Shown here: positions 1-14,442 of the stretch, piece by piece | How the letters are laid out: every line of letters starts with the position of its first letter | How positions within the stretch are numbered: the stretch's first letter is position 1 | From: Eledone cirrhosa | Taxonomy: Eukaryota | DNA length: 64,000 nucleotides | Reading direction: 5' to 3' | NCBI GenBank assembly: GCA_964016885.1 | Contig: OZ024759.1 | Location: 20,398,001 to 20,462,000, forward strand | Position numbers and translations under genes: made by a program | The notes under the pieces: generated by a model | Database searches by the model: none | Told to the model about the DNA's origin: nothing | Seen by the model: only the letters and a program-made list of their open reading frames with translations

Positions 1-150
1 AACCAACCAACCAACCAGAAATTTATAAATTTATAAATTTATTATAAATTTATTATAATAAATTGAAGTAAAAGCAACTGGTGCGTGTGTTTCTTATTGG
101 CAACATGACCCTCCCAAAGAATAACAATATATATATATATATATATATAT

Positions 151-348
151 AACGAAGGAAGTGTGGTAAGGAACCAGGTGGGCCATAACACACCAGAGTA
201 CTCGATACTTTGGGTAGCAGAGTGGGTAATAGGAAAAGGTTCAGGACCCCGATGGTAGAGCTGAAGCTGTTTCGATAGCTATTTCTTTCCAGAAATAGCC
301 ACCGAAACGGCTTGAGCTCTGCCGTCGGGGTCCTGAACCTTTTCCTAT
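151..348. mobile_element. Fold-back element in (TA)n, PLE-pLTR-like
   Basis: ~58-bp inverted arms (229-286 / 291-348) plus an ~80-bp leader with GAGTACTC...AGAGT. A homologous copy lies at 47736-47941. Confidence 0.65.
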
Positions 349-635
349 ATATATATATATAAAATTTAGTTTCATTTGTTCATATTTTTTTTTACTGCAT
401 AACTCTGATGTTTCAACAACTGAGTTAATAGTTTGTTTATTTTCTTTGAAATATTTCTCTAAAGTTACATAGCTCACTACCAACTTTCTTTGCTGAAACG
501 TCATAGCTATGTTGTAAGAAATAAAATTATATACACTTATTCTGTAATCAATATTGAGTTCTGTCATTCTTGTGGACTACAAAGTTCACCACTAGATTTA
601 AATATTACACACACACACACTTATCTGTTAGTGAG

Positions 636-846
636 AAATATATATGTGTGTGTATGTGTGTGTGTATATATGTATGTATATGAATATATATGAATATGTG
701 TATATATGTGTGTGTGTATGTGTGTATATATGTATATATATATATATGTATACATATGAATATGCGTATATAGGAATATATATATGCATACATATTATGA
801 ATATGTATATGAGTGTATTTAATGACTATATGTGTGTGTGTATATA

Positions 847-896
<50 letters not shown>

Positions 897-968
897 TATA
901 AGAATATATATATATATATGTACATATCATCATCATCATTTTACGTCCGCTTTTCCCTGCTTGCAAGG

Positions 969-1024
<56 letters not shown>

Positions 1025-1518
1025 ATATATGTGTGTGTGTGTGTGTGTATATATGTATATGTGTGTGTGTGTATGTGTGTGTATATATATATATGTATGT
1101 ATATATATATGTATATATATGTATATATGTATATGTATATACTGTATATGTATATATATATGTATATACTGTATATGTATATATATATGTATATTATATG
1201 TGTATGTATGTATGTATGTATATATATATGTATGTATATATATATGTATGTATATATATATGTATGTATATATGTATGTATACATATATATGTATATATA
1301 TATATGTATATATATGTATGTATATATGTATGTATACATATATATGTATGTATATATGTATGTATACATATATATGTATATATATATATGTATATGTATG
1401 TATGTATATATATATGTATATATATATATGTATATGTATGTATGTATATATATATGTATATATATATATGTATATGTATGTATGTATATATATATGTATA
1501 TATATATATGTATATATG

Positions 1519-1601
<83 letters not shown>
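636..1601. repeat. (TA)n/(TG)n/(TATG)n microsatellite field, representative of many
   Basis: Similar fields lie at ~8.5-9.6, 20.3-21.25, 31.8-32.55, 34.05-34.75, 35.7-36.8 and 61.3-62.1 kb. Confidence 0.95.
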
Positions 1602-1604
<3 letters not shown>

Positions 1605-1847
1605 AGGATTTGAGTCTCCAACACCCCACCATTACACTAGAAAGAATACTGAAAAGATATAATTCTAATTCTAGTTTTTCTCCTCCTCCCCCTCCTCCTC
1701 TCCCCTACCGTCTCCCCCCCCCCCCAATCACTCCATCTATCTATTCCCCCACCCCACCCCACCCCACCCCAATAAACACTGCAGCCGACTCGACACACGA
1801 ACATGTCTGACTGTAAAATGATTGAAGCAGACGACGACTGACGACAA

Positions 1848-3920
1848 TGCTAACAACAACAACAACTATAATAATTAGGATGATGATGATAATGATAGCT
1901 AACAACAATAATGGCTATGGTGATGATGGTGATGATGATAGCTAACAACAATAATGACTATGGTGATGATGATGATGATAATGATGGCTAACAACAATAA
2001 TGACTATGATGATGATGATGATGATAATGATAGCTAACAACAATAATGACTATGGTGATGATGATGATGATAATGATGGCTAACAACAATAATGACTATG
2101 GTGATGATGATAACTAACAACAATAATGACTATGATGATGATGATGATGATAATGACTATGATGATGATGATGATGATGATGGCTAACAACAATAATGAC
2201 TATGATGATGATGATGATGATAATGATAGCTAACAACAATAATGACTATGGTGATGATGATAATGATGGCTAACAACAATAATGACTATGATGATGATGG
2301 TGATGATGATGATGGCTAACAACAATAATGACTATGATGATGATGGTGATGATGATGATAGCTAACAACAATAATGACTATGATGATGATGATGGTGATG
2401 ATGATGGCTAACAACAATAATGACTATGATGATGATGATGGTGATGATGATGGCTAACAACAATAATGACTATGATGATGATAATGATAGCTAACAACAA
2501 TAATGACTATGATGATGATGATGGTGATGATGATGGCTAACAACAATAATGACTATGATGATGATGATGATGATGATAGTTAACAACAATAATGACTATG
2601 GTGATGATGATGATGATGATGATGGCTAACAACAATAATGGCTATGATGATGATGATGATGATGATGATAGCTAACAACAATAATGACTATGGTGATGAT
2701 GATGATGATGATGATGGCTAACAACAATAATGGCTATGATGATGATGATGATGATGATGGCTAACAACAATAATGACTATGGTGATGATGATGATGATGA
2801 TGGCTAACAACAATAATGACTATGGTGATGATGATGATGATAACTAACAACAATAATGACTATGGTGATGATGATGATGATAATGATGGCTAACAACAAT
2901 AATGACTATGGTGATGATGATGATGATAATGATGGCTAACAACAATAATGACTATGGTGATGATGATGATGATGATGATAGCTAACAACAATAATGACTA
3001 TGGTGATGATGATGATGATGATGGCTAACAACAATAATGACTATGGTGATGATGATGATGATAACTAACAACAATAATGACTATGGTGATGATGATGATG
3101 ATAATGATGGCTAACAACAATAATGACTATGGTGATGATGATGATGATGATGATAGCTAACAACAATAATGACTATGGTGATGATGATGATGATAACTAA
3201 CAACAATAATGACTATGGTGATGATGATGATGATAATGATGGCTAACAACAATAATGACTATGATGATGATGATGGTGATGATGATGGCTAACAACAATA
3301 ATGACTATGATGATGATAATGATGATAATGATGGCTAACAACAATAATGACTATGATGATGATGATGATGATAATGATGGCTAACAACAATAATGACTAT
3401 GATGATGATGGTGGCTAACAACAATAATGACTATGGTGATGATGATGATGATAATGATGGCTAACAACAATAATGACTATGATGATGATGATGGTGATGA
3501 TGATGGCTAACAACAATAATGACTATGATGATGATAATGGTGATGATGATGGCTAACAACAATAATGACTATGATGATGATGATGATGATAATGATGGCT
3601 AACAACAATAATGACTATGATGATGATGATGATGATAGCTAACAACAATAATGACTATGATGATGATGATGGTGATGATGATGGCTAACAACAATAATGA
3701 CTATGATGATGATGATGATGATAATGATGGCTAACAACAATAATGACTATGATGATGATGATGATGATAGCTAACAACAATAATGACTATGATGATGATG
3801 ATGGTGATGATGATGGCTAACAACAATAATGACTATGATGATGATGATGATGATAATGATAGCTAACAACAATAATGACTATGGTGATGATGATGATGAT
3901 GATAACTAACAAAAATAATG
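1848..3920. repeat. Compound minisatellite: constant gctaacaacaataatgactat + variable (GAT/GGT)n
   Basis: Dozens of units of ~33-48 bp. Confidence 0.95.
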
Positions 3921-4321
3921 ATGATGACGATGATGATGGTGATGATGGTGATTGCGCTGGTGGTGGTGGTGGTGACGGTAGTGGTAGTGATGATGATGAT
4001 GGTGGTGGTGGTGGCAGTAGTGGCAACGGCGGTGATGGCGATGGTAGTGCTGATGCTGATGGTGGTGATAATGATGGCGGTGGTGGTAGTGGTGATGGTG
4101 CTGATAATGATGGTGGTGGTGATAATGATAATGATGGTGGTGGTGGTGGTGATAGTGGTGATAATGATGGTGGTGCTGATGGTGATAATGATAGTGGTGG
4201 TGGTGGTGGTGGTGGTGGTGGTGGTGGTGGTGGTGGTGCTGATGGCGGTGGTGGTGGTGAGGGTGCTGATAATGATGGTGGTGGTGGTGATGGTGGTGAT
4301 AATGATGGTGGTGCTGATGGT

Positions 4322-4352
<31 letters not shown>

Positions 4353-4652
4353 ATGGTGGTGGTGGTGGTGATAGTGGTGATAATGATGGTGGTGCTGATG
4401 GTGATAATGATAGTGGTGGTGGTGGTGATGGTGGTGATAATGATGGTGGTGCTGATGGTGGTGGTGATAGTGGTGATAATGATGGTGGTGATAGTGGTGA
4501 TAATGATGGTGGTGATAGTGGTGATAATGATGGTGGTGATAGTGGTGATAATGATGGTGGTGATAGTGGTGATAATGATGGTGGTGCTGATGGTGGTGAT
4601 AATGATGGTGGTGATGGTGATGATGGTGGAGATAACGGTGATGAGGACGATG
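3921..4652. repeat. (GGT/GAT) low-complexity triplet repeat
   Basis: Direct inspection. Confidence 0.9.
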
Positions 4653-4835
4653 ATTTTCAGATACGTCTCTGATTCTCCTCCATCATTATTTCTATATTTG
4701 TGTATATTTATTCCGTTATTTGTTTTCTCTGTCTTACTAACCCTTTCATTCTTTACATTCCTATTAATATTGATTTGCCACTTTGTCAGTCATAGCTGTC
4801 ATGCTCCCTCCTTATTTATTGTTCAGTTTATTTTC

Positions 4836-5950
4836 GGTCATAGCTGTAGTCGTAGTGATGGTCATAGTCGTTATAATAGTTGCAGTGATGGTCGTAGTGT
4901 TGGTCATAACTGTAGTCGTAGTAATGGTAACAGTGATGGTCGTAGTGTTGGTCATAACTGTAGTCGTAGTAATGGTAACAGTGATGGTCGTAGTGTTGGT
5001 CGTAGTGTTGGTCATAACTGTAGTAGTAGTAATGGTAACAATGATGGTCAGTCGTTATAATGGTTGCAGTGATGGTCGTAGTGTTGGTCATAACTGTAGT
5101 CGTAGTAATGGTAACAGTGATGGTCGTAGTGTTGGTCGTAGTGTTGGTCATAACTGTAGTAGTAGTAATGGTAACAATGATGGTCAGTCGTTATAATGGT
5201 TGCAGTGATGGTCGTAGTGTTGGTCATAACTGTAGTCGTAGTAATGGTAACAGTGATGGTCGTAGTGTTGGTCATAACTGTAGTAGTAGTAATGGTAACA
5301 ATGATGGTCAGTCGTTATAATGGTTGCAGTGATGGTCGTAGTGTTGGTCATAAATGTAGTCGTAGTAATGGTAACAGTGATGGTCGTAGTGTTGGTCGTA
5401 GTGTTGGTCATAACTGTAGTAGTAGTAATGGTAACAATGATGGTCAGTCGTTATAATGGTTGCAGTGATGGTCGTAGTGTTGGTCATAACTGTAGTCGTA
5501 GTAATGGTAACAGTGATGGTCATAGTCACTATAATGGTTGTAGTGATGGTCGTAGTGTTGGTCATAACTGTAGTCATAGTAATGATCGTAATGGTGATGG
5601 TCATAACTGTAGTCGTAGTCGTTATAATGGTTGCAGTGATGGTCGTAGGCTTGGTCATAACTGTAGTCATAGTAATGGTTGTAGTGATGGTCATATTACT
5701 GGTTGTAGTGATGATCATATTACTACTTGTAGTGATGGTCATATTACTAGTTGTAGTGATGGTCATAGCTGTAATAATAGTTGCAGTGATGGTCATAGTG
5801 ATGGTTGTAGTGATGGTCATATTACTGGTTGTAGTGATGGTCATATTACTGGTTGTAGTGATGGTCATATTACTGGTTGTAGTGATGGTCATAGCTGTAA
5901 TAATAGTTGCAGTGATGGTCATAGTGATGGTTGTAGTGATGGTTATAGTA
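4836..5950. repeat. Hierarchical minisatellite (gtgatggtcgtagtgttggtcataactgtagt...)
   Basis: ~48-bp subunits nested in ~124-136-bp higher-order units. Confidence 0.9.
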
Positions 5951-5989
5951 GCCAAGTACCAAACGGAAATAACAGATAGGTCAATTTCC

Positions 5990-6187
5990 CCCTTTAGCAT
6001 TCAAACCAGCCATATCTGGCCAGAATTCTCTCACCTCTTTCTGTTCAAACCAGCTGTAACTAGCCACTAATACTGATGTTAAGGTATTGTTCTCAAAATA
6101 AATATCAAAATCTTATGAATTCGACATTATGTGAGATAATTATGTGAGACAAAGTGTTTACTGTGAAAATATAATGTAAATAAGGGG
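5990..6187. mobile_element. piggyBac-type MITE copy, degenerate
   Basis: ccctttagcattcaaacc...aagggg-ttaa, with internal sequence matching the 47179 copy. Confidence 0.7.
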
Positions 6188-6275
6188 TTAATAAACCTAC
6201 TCTTCCCCATCCACTCTCCACCAATTCCCCAAATTACTGGTTAGGTACCTAAATCAGAAATAATTAGTGTCATTA

Positions 6276-6490
6276 AGGACAGTGGATTGGCAGTATTGGT
6301 GGAGCATTGGACATGCTTTGTAGCATGTAGTTATGGCCCTTTATGTTCTGATTTCAAATTATACCAAAGTTAGCTTTACCTTTCATTCTGATGGGGTCGA
6401 TAAAATACCAGAAATGCACTGGGGTTGATTAAACCGACTTTCTCCCCACCTAAAATTGTTGGTCTTGTGCCTAAATCAGAAACCATTATT
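6276..6490 (+). mobile_element. tRNA-derived SINE (Meta-like central domain)
   Basis: Head tggattggcagtattgg, B-box-like ttcaaat, central 'cctttcat..ggggtcgataaaataccag' and 3' 'gtgcctaaatcagaaaccattatt'. Confidence 0.7.
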
Positions 6491-7128
6491 GCAGTCCTTG
6501 CTTGGAACATTAGGGAACCTTACACTGTATTAACACAAGGCTGGGACCCTAAGGTTTTCAGATATTTAGGGCCCACCCCTCTTAGGCTTCAATCTTTCAA
6601 CCCCCACTAGAGCCCAAAACAAACAAACTGATGTGACCTTAGTTACTGTAGGGTCCCAGAGCCCCAGGATAGCTAGCCTTATAATCAATATAGCCTTACT
6701 TGGAACAAACAGTTCTATATATATTGAATGATAGTCTTATAGAGCTGTCTAGGACTTTGTTAGAATTGTTGTTGTTGTTAGTGCTGTGTAGTAGTTCTTG
6801 TTGTTAGTGTTGTTATCATAATGATTGTGGTAGTTGTTGTTAGTGCTGTGTAGTAGTTCTTGTTGTTGTCATAATGATTGTGGTAGTTGTTGTTAGTGCT
6901 GTGTAGTAGTTCTTGTTGTTGTCATAATGATTGTGGTAGTTGTTGTTAGTGCTGTTGTCATGGTGATTGTAGTAGTGTTGTTGTTGGTGACTGTAGTAGT
7001 AGTAGTTGTTATAGTCACTATAGTGTTATCGATGGAGTTCTTACTGTTACCATTTGTGTCATTGTGAAAGTTGTTGTTGTTGTTACTGACGTCAATTGTG
7101 TCATCCATCATTGTAGTCAGTTTTCTTA

Positions 7129-7160
<32 letters not shown>

Positions 7161-7167
7161 GGTGATT

Positions 7168-7375
7168 AAGGGCGGTGGATTGGCAGTATCGGTAGAGGGT
7201 CGGACGCCATGCTTGACGCATAGTTACGCCCCTTTCCATTCTGAGTTCGAATCCCTCCGAGGTTAACTTTGCCTTTCATCCTTACGGGGGTCGATAAAAA
7301 AAAGTACCAGTAATACACTGGGGGGGGGGGGGGGTAATTGCTGGCCTGGTACCAAAACTAGAAACAATTATTACT
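7168..7375 (+). mobile_element. tRNA-derived SINE (Meta-like central domain)
   Basis: ggcggtggattggcagtatcggtagag...gagttcgaatcc...gttaactttgcctttcatccttacgggggtcgataaaa..gtaccag, inserted after (ATT)n. Confidence 0.8.
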
Positions 7376-7451
7376 ATTGGTGATGATAATTGTTATTACT
7401 GCTGGTAATACGTCTTTGAACTTTGTAAAAAAAGAAATATGAATAATAAGG

Positions 7452-8190
7452 CACCACCACCACTACTAACATGACCACTACCACCACCACTACCACTAAC
7501 ATCACCAAGAAAACCTCCACCACCACCACCACCACTGCTACCACCACCACCACCACCACTACTAACATGACCACTACCACCACCACTACCACTAACATCA
7601 CCAAGAAAACCTCCACCACCACCACTGCTACCACCACCACCACCGCCACTACTAACATCACCACTACCACCACCACTACCACTAACATCACCAAGGAAAC
7701 CTCCACCACCACCACTGCTACCACCACCACCACCGCCGCCACTACTAACATCACCACTACCACCACCACTACCACTAACATCACCAAGAAAACCTCCACC
7801 ACCGCTACCACCACCACCACTATCACCACCACTACCACTACCACTAACATCACCAAGAAAACCTCCACCACCACCACTGCTACCACCACCACCACTACCA
7901 CCACCACCACTACCACCACTACTAACATCACCACTACCACTAACATCACCAAGAAAACCTCCACTGCCACCACCACCACCACCACTACCACCACTACTAA
8001 CATCACCACTACCACTAACATCACCAAGAAAACCTCCACTGCCACCACCACCACCACCACTACCACCACCACCACTACCACTAACATCACCAAGAAAACC
8101 TCCACTGCCACCACCACTGCTACCAACATTACCAAGAGATCCACCACCACCACCACCACCACCACCACCACCACCACCAACACCAACCCC
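7452..8190. repeat. (ACC)-rich minisatellite with actaacatcaccaagaaaacctcc anchor
   Basis: About nine anchor recurrences. Confidence 0.9.
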
Positions 8191-8308
8191 ATTTATTGCA
8201 ATGTCAATTTCTCCTTAAACCCTAAAAAAAAAAAAAAGCTAACTCCCTAAAATTTCCCCCTATGCTCAATTGAACATTGTCGCCGCCACCACTACCTTGG
8301 TGAAGTGT

Positions 8309-8339
<31 letters not shown>

Positions 8340-8502
8340 GGGGGGTTGAAAAATATTTGCATTGTGTGTGTGTGTGTGTGTGTTAAGGTGTGTTGGTGGG
8401 TGGGGGCAGATCTGTGCACGCGTGTCTCTGTTTAGTGTGTGCATGTACACGTTTCTGTATGTGTGCATATATCTGTAAGTGTGCATATATCTGTAAATAT
8501 AC

Positions 8503-8535
<33 letters not shown>

Positions 8536-8553
8536 CATAAATGTGTGTGTGTG

Positions 8554-8602
<49 letters not shown>

Positions 8603-8994
8603 TGTGTGTATGTGCATGTGTGTGTATATATATATATGTATGTGTTAATGTGTATATGTATGTGTGCATGTGTGTATATATATATATATGTATGTGTTAG
8701 TGTGTATATGTATGTGTGTGTGTATATATGTGTTAATGTGTATATGTATGTGTGCATGTGTGTGTATATATATATATGTATGTGTTAGTGTGTATATGTA
8801 TGTGTGTGTGTATATATATGTTAATGTGTATATGTATATGTATATATGTGTGTATATATATATATATGTGTTAATGTGTATATGTATGTGTGCATGTGTG
8901 TGTATATATGTATGTATGTGTATGTGTGTGACCTAGTTTTGGTTTTTAGGGATGGCTGGCATTCTGAACATTGTGACATAATTCGGTCATTCAC

Positions 8995-9031
<37 letters not shown>

Positions 9032-10531
9032 TCTCATACACATCATATACACACACACTCTTTCATTGACAACACACACTCATACACCCTCAGACACACA
9101 CATTCACAGACACACTCAGCTAGACACACAAACACACATTCATACACACACATATATCTCCTTCAACTGCTCCTGATTTTGACATAACTTTCCACCCACC
9201 CACCCACCCCCTCCTTTTTTAAACATACACACATACATACATACATGCATGCATGTATGCACACATGCAAACATACATGCATGTATGCATACATTTATAA
9301 ATATATATATATCTACACACTCATAAATGTGCGTACATACATATATTCATACATATATATATACACACACACATACATATACTTACATATACTTACATAT
9401 ATATATACATATACCTACACACACACACACATACACACACATATACATACACACATGCATATATATTCATACATACATGCACATATATATATTAATATAT
9501 ACACACAAATACATACATATATACATACACACACACATATGCATATATATACACACATACATACATATACATACACACACGCATATATATATATTCATAC
9601 ACACACATTCATTTCTTCATAACCCTTTCACTTTCTTTCTTTGCCTTTCTCTCACTTTTGTCAACTGTTCTCTTCCTCTCTCCTCCTCTTTCTTTCTCTT
9701 TTTCTCTCTCTCCCTCTTTCTCTTTCTCTCTTTTTCTCTCTCTCCCTCTTTCTCTCTCTCCCTCTTTCTCTCTCTCTCTCCCACTTTCTCTCTTCCTCTC
9801 TCTCCCTCTTTCTCTCTTCCTCTCCCTCTTTCTCTCTTCCTCTTTCCTCTTTCCATCTCTATCTCTCTCTCTCTCCCTCTTTCTCTCTTCCTCTCCGTCT
9901 TTCTCTCTTCCTCTCTCCTCCTCTTTCTCTCTTCCTCTCTCCTATTTCTCTCTCTATCTCTCTTTCTTCCATCTCTCCCTTACCACACACACACACACAC
10001 ACACACAGTATCACTTTACTGCTTCTACCCCACCTCCTGTCCACTCCACCTCCTCCATGTTTGAGTCAATCATTAACCCTTTTATCAGTTCATTTTGCCT
10101 CCATCCCCCACACAATTCCTACCCCCCTCCCCTTTTTTTCTGTCTTTGACAACTTCCAACCCTATTATCTACCCCCACCCACCCAAAATGTTTACACCCC
10201 CACCCCCTATCATCATCAATATCATGATTGTACCCCCACCCCCTATCATCATCAGTATCATGATTGCCATCATCATTCCCAGCATCGTTTTCATCATTGT
10301 CATCATTGCAGTCATCATCGTCATCGTCAATTAAGATCTCACCTGCTCTCATCACCACCATCACCATCATCAGCATTGTCATCATCATCACTTCTCAATA
10401 GCTCTTCTGTGGAAAGAGATCAGAATGCACTCACCACCACCACCACCACCATCATCACCACCATCATTTAAGATCCCACTTGCTCTTCTGTGGAAAGAAA
10501 TCAGAATGCTTTCATCACCATCATCATTGCT

Positions 10532-10570
<39 letters not shown>

Positions 10571-10724
10571 GTTGTTGTTGCTGTCATCACCATCATTTAC
10601 ATCTGATATTATTTGCTCAAAGTAACTCTTGGCAGTGTCATTGCTTCTTTGGTGTCAGGAGGTGGGATTTGAACTCAGAATGTACAGAGTTAGGAGGACA
10701 TATACTGCAAAATAACCCCTTTAA

Positions 10725-11282
10725 CTCTTCAGCATTTACATAATGCAGGCACATGGGGTAGTGGTTATTGGCCTTGCAATCGAAAGGTTGTGAGTTCAAT
10801 TCTCAGACCGGTTAATTGTTGTTTCCTTGAGCAAGACACTTTATTTCACATTGCTCAGGTTTACTCAGCTGTAGAAATGAGATGATAGGGACTGGGGTCT
10901 CTATGATTCCTCTGTAAAGTGGACGTGGAGGAGCCACAGCAAAAAAGCACCCAGCACTCACTGTAAATGAAGTTGGTGTTAGAAAGGGCATCCAGCTGTA
11001 GAAATCAAGCCAGAATCAGTTCCTGTCCCACCCTTGCAAACAGGGAAAAGCGGACGTAAAATGATGATGGTGATGATTACTCTCTATATATCATTGTATT
11101 TTTGTGGTAAAGGCTTTTCCTTTACATAATTATCTCACATAATATCAAATCTATGAGATTTTGATATTATTTATTTTGAGAACAGTACCTTAACTTCAGT
11201 ATGAGTGGCCGGTTATGACTGGTTTGAACAGAAAGAGGTGAGAGAATTATGGCTGGATATGGTTGGTTTAACTGCTAAAGGG
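10725..11282. mobile_element. piggyBac-type MITE copy interrupted by a SINE
   Basis: TTAA-ctcttcagcattta ... ctgctaaaggg-TTAA, with a SINE inserted at ~10745-11076. Confidence 0.75.
10745..11076 (+). mobile_element. tRNA-derived CORE-like SINE with RTE-type (ATG)n tail
   Basis: A-box-like ggggtagtggtt, B-box gagttcaattc, CORE-like 'ccttgagcaagacactttatttcac', and tail 'cccttgcaaacagggaaaagcggacgtaaaatgatg'. Confidence 0.65.
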
Positions 11283-11951
11283 TTAAAGTAGCAATTCTGT
11301 CAATCTAACTCTGTCTGGACTGGTCCTTTATTTTATCAATGCCCCCTACCTAAAGGATAAAATGCAAAGTTGACTGTAGCAAGATTTGAACTCAGTATGT
11401 ACAGAGGAACAAGCAATATTGCAAATCATCTTATCTGTCTAGCAATTGTGTTACTCTACTGACACTACATTGGTCAATGGAATAGTTCAATTTGTGGGAG
11501 GGGTGCTCTGAAAGGACTTAATCTGGCTTTGAATGCAAAATTGGAGGCCTTCAAAAGGATTTGAGAGGGCACTGAAGGAAAAGTTGGCCCCTTAAAAGGA
11601 TTTAATCTAGCCGGGAAGGTAAATAGAGCCCCTCAAAAGGACTTGAGTTGGCTCTGACAGTATAATTGAAGATATATAATGTCCTACTATATCCATAAGG
11701 CATTGGATTTGGCAATGTTGTTTTGAGTTCAAAACCCTTCTTCAAAATTAATGAGAGCCATTAATTTCGTTATCACCATCATCAGCAGCAGCATCATCAT
11801 CATCATCATCATCACCATCATCATAAGCACTATCATCATCAGCAGCACTAGCAGTATCCTCAGCACAATTATTCATGTATTTGAATATAATTATTTGTTC
11901 ATTTGCTGACAAACGCACCCAAATATACACATAATGTAAACTCTCTCTCCC

Positions 11952-11990
<39 letters not shown>

Positions 11991-12824
11991 TTACACACAT
12001 TTATATATACCTATATATATATATATACATACATTCATACAATCATACAAAATGTTCATATATAACAGCTATATATACATATGTATTTATTACATGTAAC
12101 ACACTGAGATATGTATATATATGTATGTACATATGTATGTATGTATATATATATATGTATGTATATATATATATATATATCCTTGCCAGCAGGAAAAGCG
12201 GATGTTAAAACCACAATGATGATATATATATATATATATATATACATACATGTAATATACCATATATATATACCTAATATAATTGACACACCCTTTTTTT
12301 TTTTTTTTTTTGAGGTCTTTTCTTTGATCGTTTATTAATCCATTCCCATGTAATAGTAGTAGTAGTAGTAATGATAATAACAATAATGGTTTATATGTTC
12401 TTCCATATTCTACACACAGTGAACCCAGTTGGGCAATCCTATGTTTTTGTTATATACAGTAGGGGGATGTTTTAAAACTCTTTGATATTTCTGAATCTTT
12501 TGTCCAACTTGGATATTACCAAGGGAACCAATTATAATAACTATGAATAATTTTGTTGTTTTATTTATTTATTTTTTTTTTAATTTACCCCCAACCCCCC
12601 ACCCTCAGTCTTGTTCCTCATATCTAAATTACATTACATATTTTATTGATAATGGAAAATATTAATAAATCAGTATTATATCACCACCACCACTTTTTTC
12701 GCTCCCTAGCTCCATTTTTTTTCCTTTCCTAACCATTTTCTTCAGAACAAAGCAATTGAACAATCCTATAACTAACATGGAAGGTTATTTTACTTTTTTT
12801 TTTTACTATTGTCATTACTGTGCA

Positions 12825-14045
12825 CTGGCAGTAGAATTGGTAGAGTGTCGGACAACATACTTTGTGGCATATAGTTACAGCTCTTTAGATTCTGAGTTCA
12901 AAGCCTGCTCAAGTTAGCTTTGCTTTTCATCCTTCCGAGGTTGAAGGTTAAAGTACCTACCAGTTAAAGAACCTACCAGTAACACACTGGGGTCGTTTTA
13001 ATCTACTTTTCTCTCCACCCAAAATTGCTGGCTTTGTTCCAAAATCAGAAACCTATGGTGGTGGATTGGCAGTATCCATAAAGCATCAAACATGCTTTAT
13101 TGCATATGTTTACGGCCCTTTACTTTCTGAGTTCAAATGTTGCCGAGGTTAGCTTCACCTTTCATCCTTCCGAGGTCGATAAAATAAAGTACCAGTCACA
13201 TATTGAGGTTGAATTAATCGACTATCTCCTCCCATCAAAATTGTTGGCCTTTTACCAAATTCAAAAACCTATTTTATTGACCCCTCACGGGGTCAATAAA
13301 ACAAAGCACCAGTAATACACTAGGATTGATTTAATTGACTTTCCCCTCCCCACAATATTGTTGGCTTTGTACCAAGTTCAGAAATCATTATTATTATTGG
13401 CAGAGCGTTGGACAACATACTTTGTGGCATATAGTTACAGCCCTTTATGGACTGAGATCAAAAATGTTTGCCCTGTGCCTAAATCAGAAATCATTATTAC
13501 TATTAATAAAGGGCGGTGACTTGGCAGAATCGTTAGAGGGTCTGACGCCATGCTTTGCAGCATGGAGTTATGGCCTTTCCATTCTGAGTTCAAATCCCGC
13601 CGAGGTTAACTTTGCCTTTCATCCTTACGGGGTCGATAAAATAAAGTACCAGTAATACACTGGGATAATTGCTGGCCTTGTGCCAAAAGTAGAAACAATT
13701 ATTACTATTAATATAAAGAATAATGTGACCATGTACAGAGAAACTATAAAAACAGAAAAAGAAGTTGCCATTGGGCGCTATAAGGAGACGAACCACAGAT
13801 ATCTCTATTATATCTTGTGGAAGGTCGGTAGATTAGCAGTATCTGTAGAGCATTGGACAATATGCTTTATGGCATAGGGTTACACCTCTTTACGATCCGA
13901 GTTCAAATCTTGCCGAAGTTAGCTTTGCCTTTCAGCTTTATGGGAGTCAATAAAATAAAGCACCAGTAATACACTGGGGTCGATTTAATTGACTTTCTCC
14001 TCCCCCCAAATTGCTGACCTTGTGCTTAAAGTAGAAAGATTTATT
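12825..14045 (+). mobile_element. Head-to-tail stack of ~6 full or partial SINE copies
   Basis: Units start near 12825, 13057, 13280 (partial), 13397 (partial), 13510 and 13822, all in the same orientation. Confidence 0.8.
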
Positions 14046-14442
14046 TTATCTTATGGAAGTATCAGTGTTTATATTTTGGCAAGGGCTGGGCTGGGCTAAT
14101 CTAGAAGGGAGGAAGGTGGAGGCTGCTTTGCCATGTTGGAAGGAGTTTCACAAGCAGTGGATGTTTTGATAATCAAAGTATTTATTGGTTATGCACCCAG
14201 TACACTCTGGGGTCGATTTAATTGACTTTCCCCTCCCCCCAATTTGCTGGCCTTGTGCTTAAAGTAGAAAGATTTATTTTATCTTATGGAAGTATCAGTG
14301 TTTATATTTTGACAAGGGCAGGGCTGGGCTAATCTAGAAGGGAGGAAGGTGGAGGCTGCTTTGCCATGCTGGAAGGAGTTTCACAAGCAGTGGATGTTTT
14401 GATAATCAAAGTATCTATTGGTTATGCACCCAGTACACTCTG
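13976..14442. repeat. ~233-bp tandem duplication beginning in a SINE tail
   Basis: 13976-14209 is nearly identical to 14209-14442. Confidence 0.9.

Noticed and set aside
1848-3920. CRISPR-like repeat/spacer appearance (also 56333-56858, 21720-22216)
   Set aside because: The 'spacers' are microsatellite or absent rather than unique, there are no cas genes, and the context is eukaryotic.
7168-7260. tRNA gene (A/B boxes, GTTCGAATCC)
   Set aside because: No cloverleaf forms and the sequence continues into the SINE body, so it is a SINE head.
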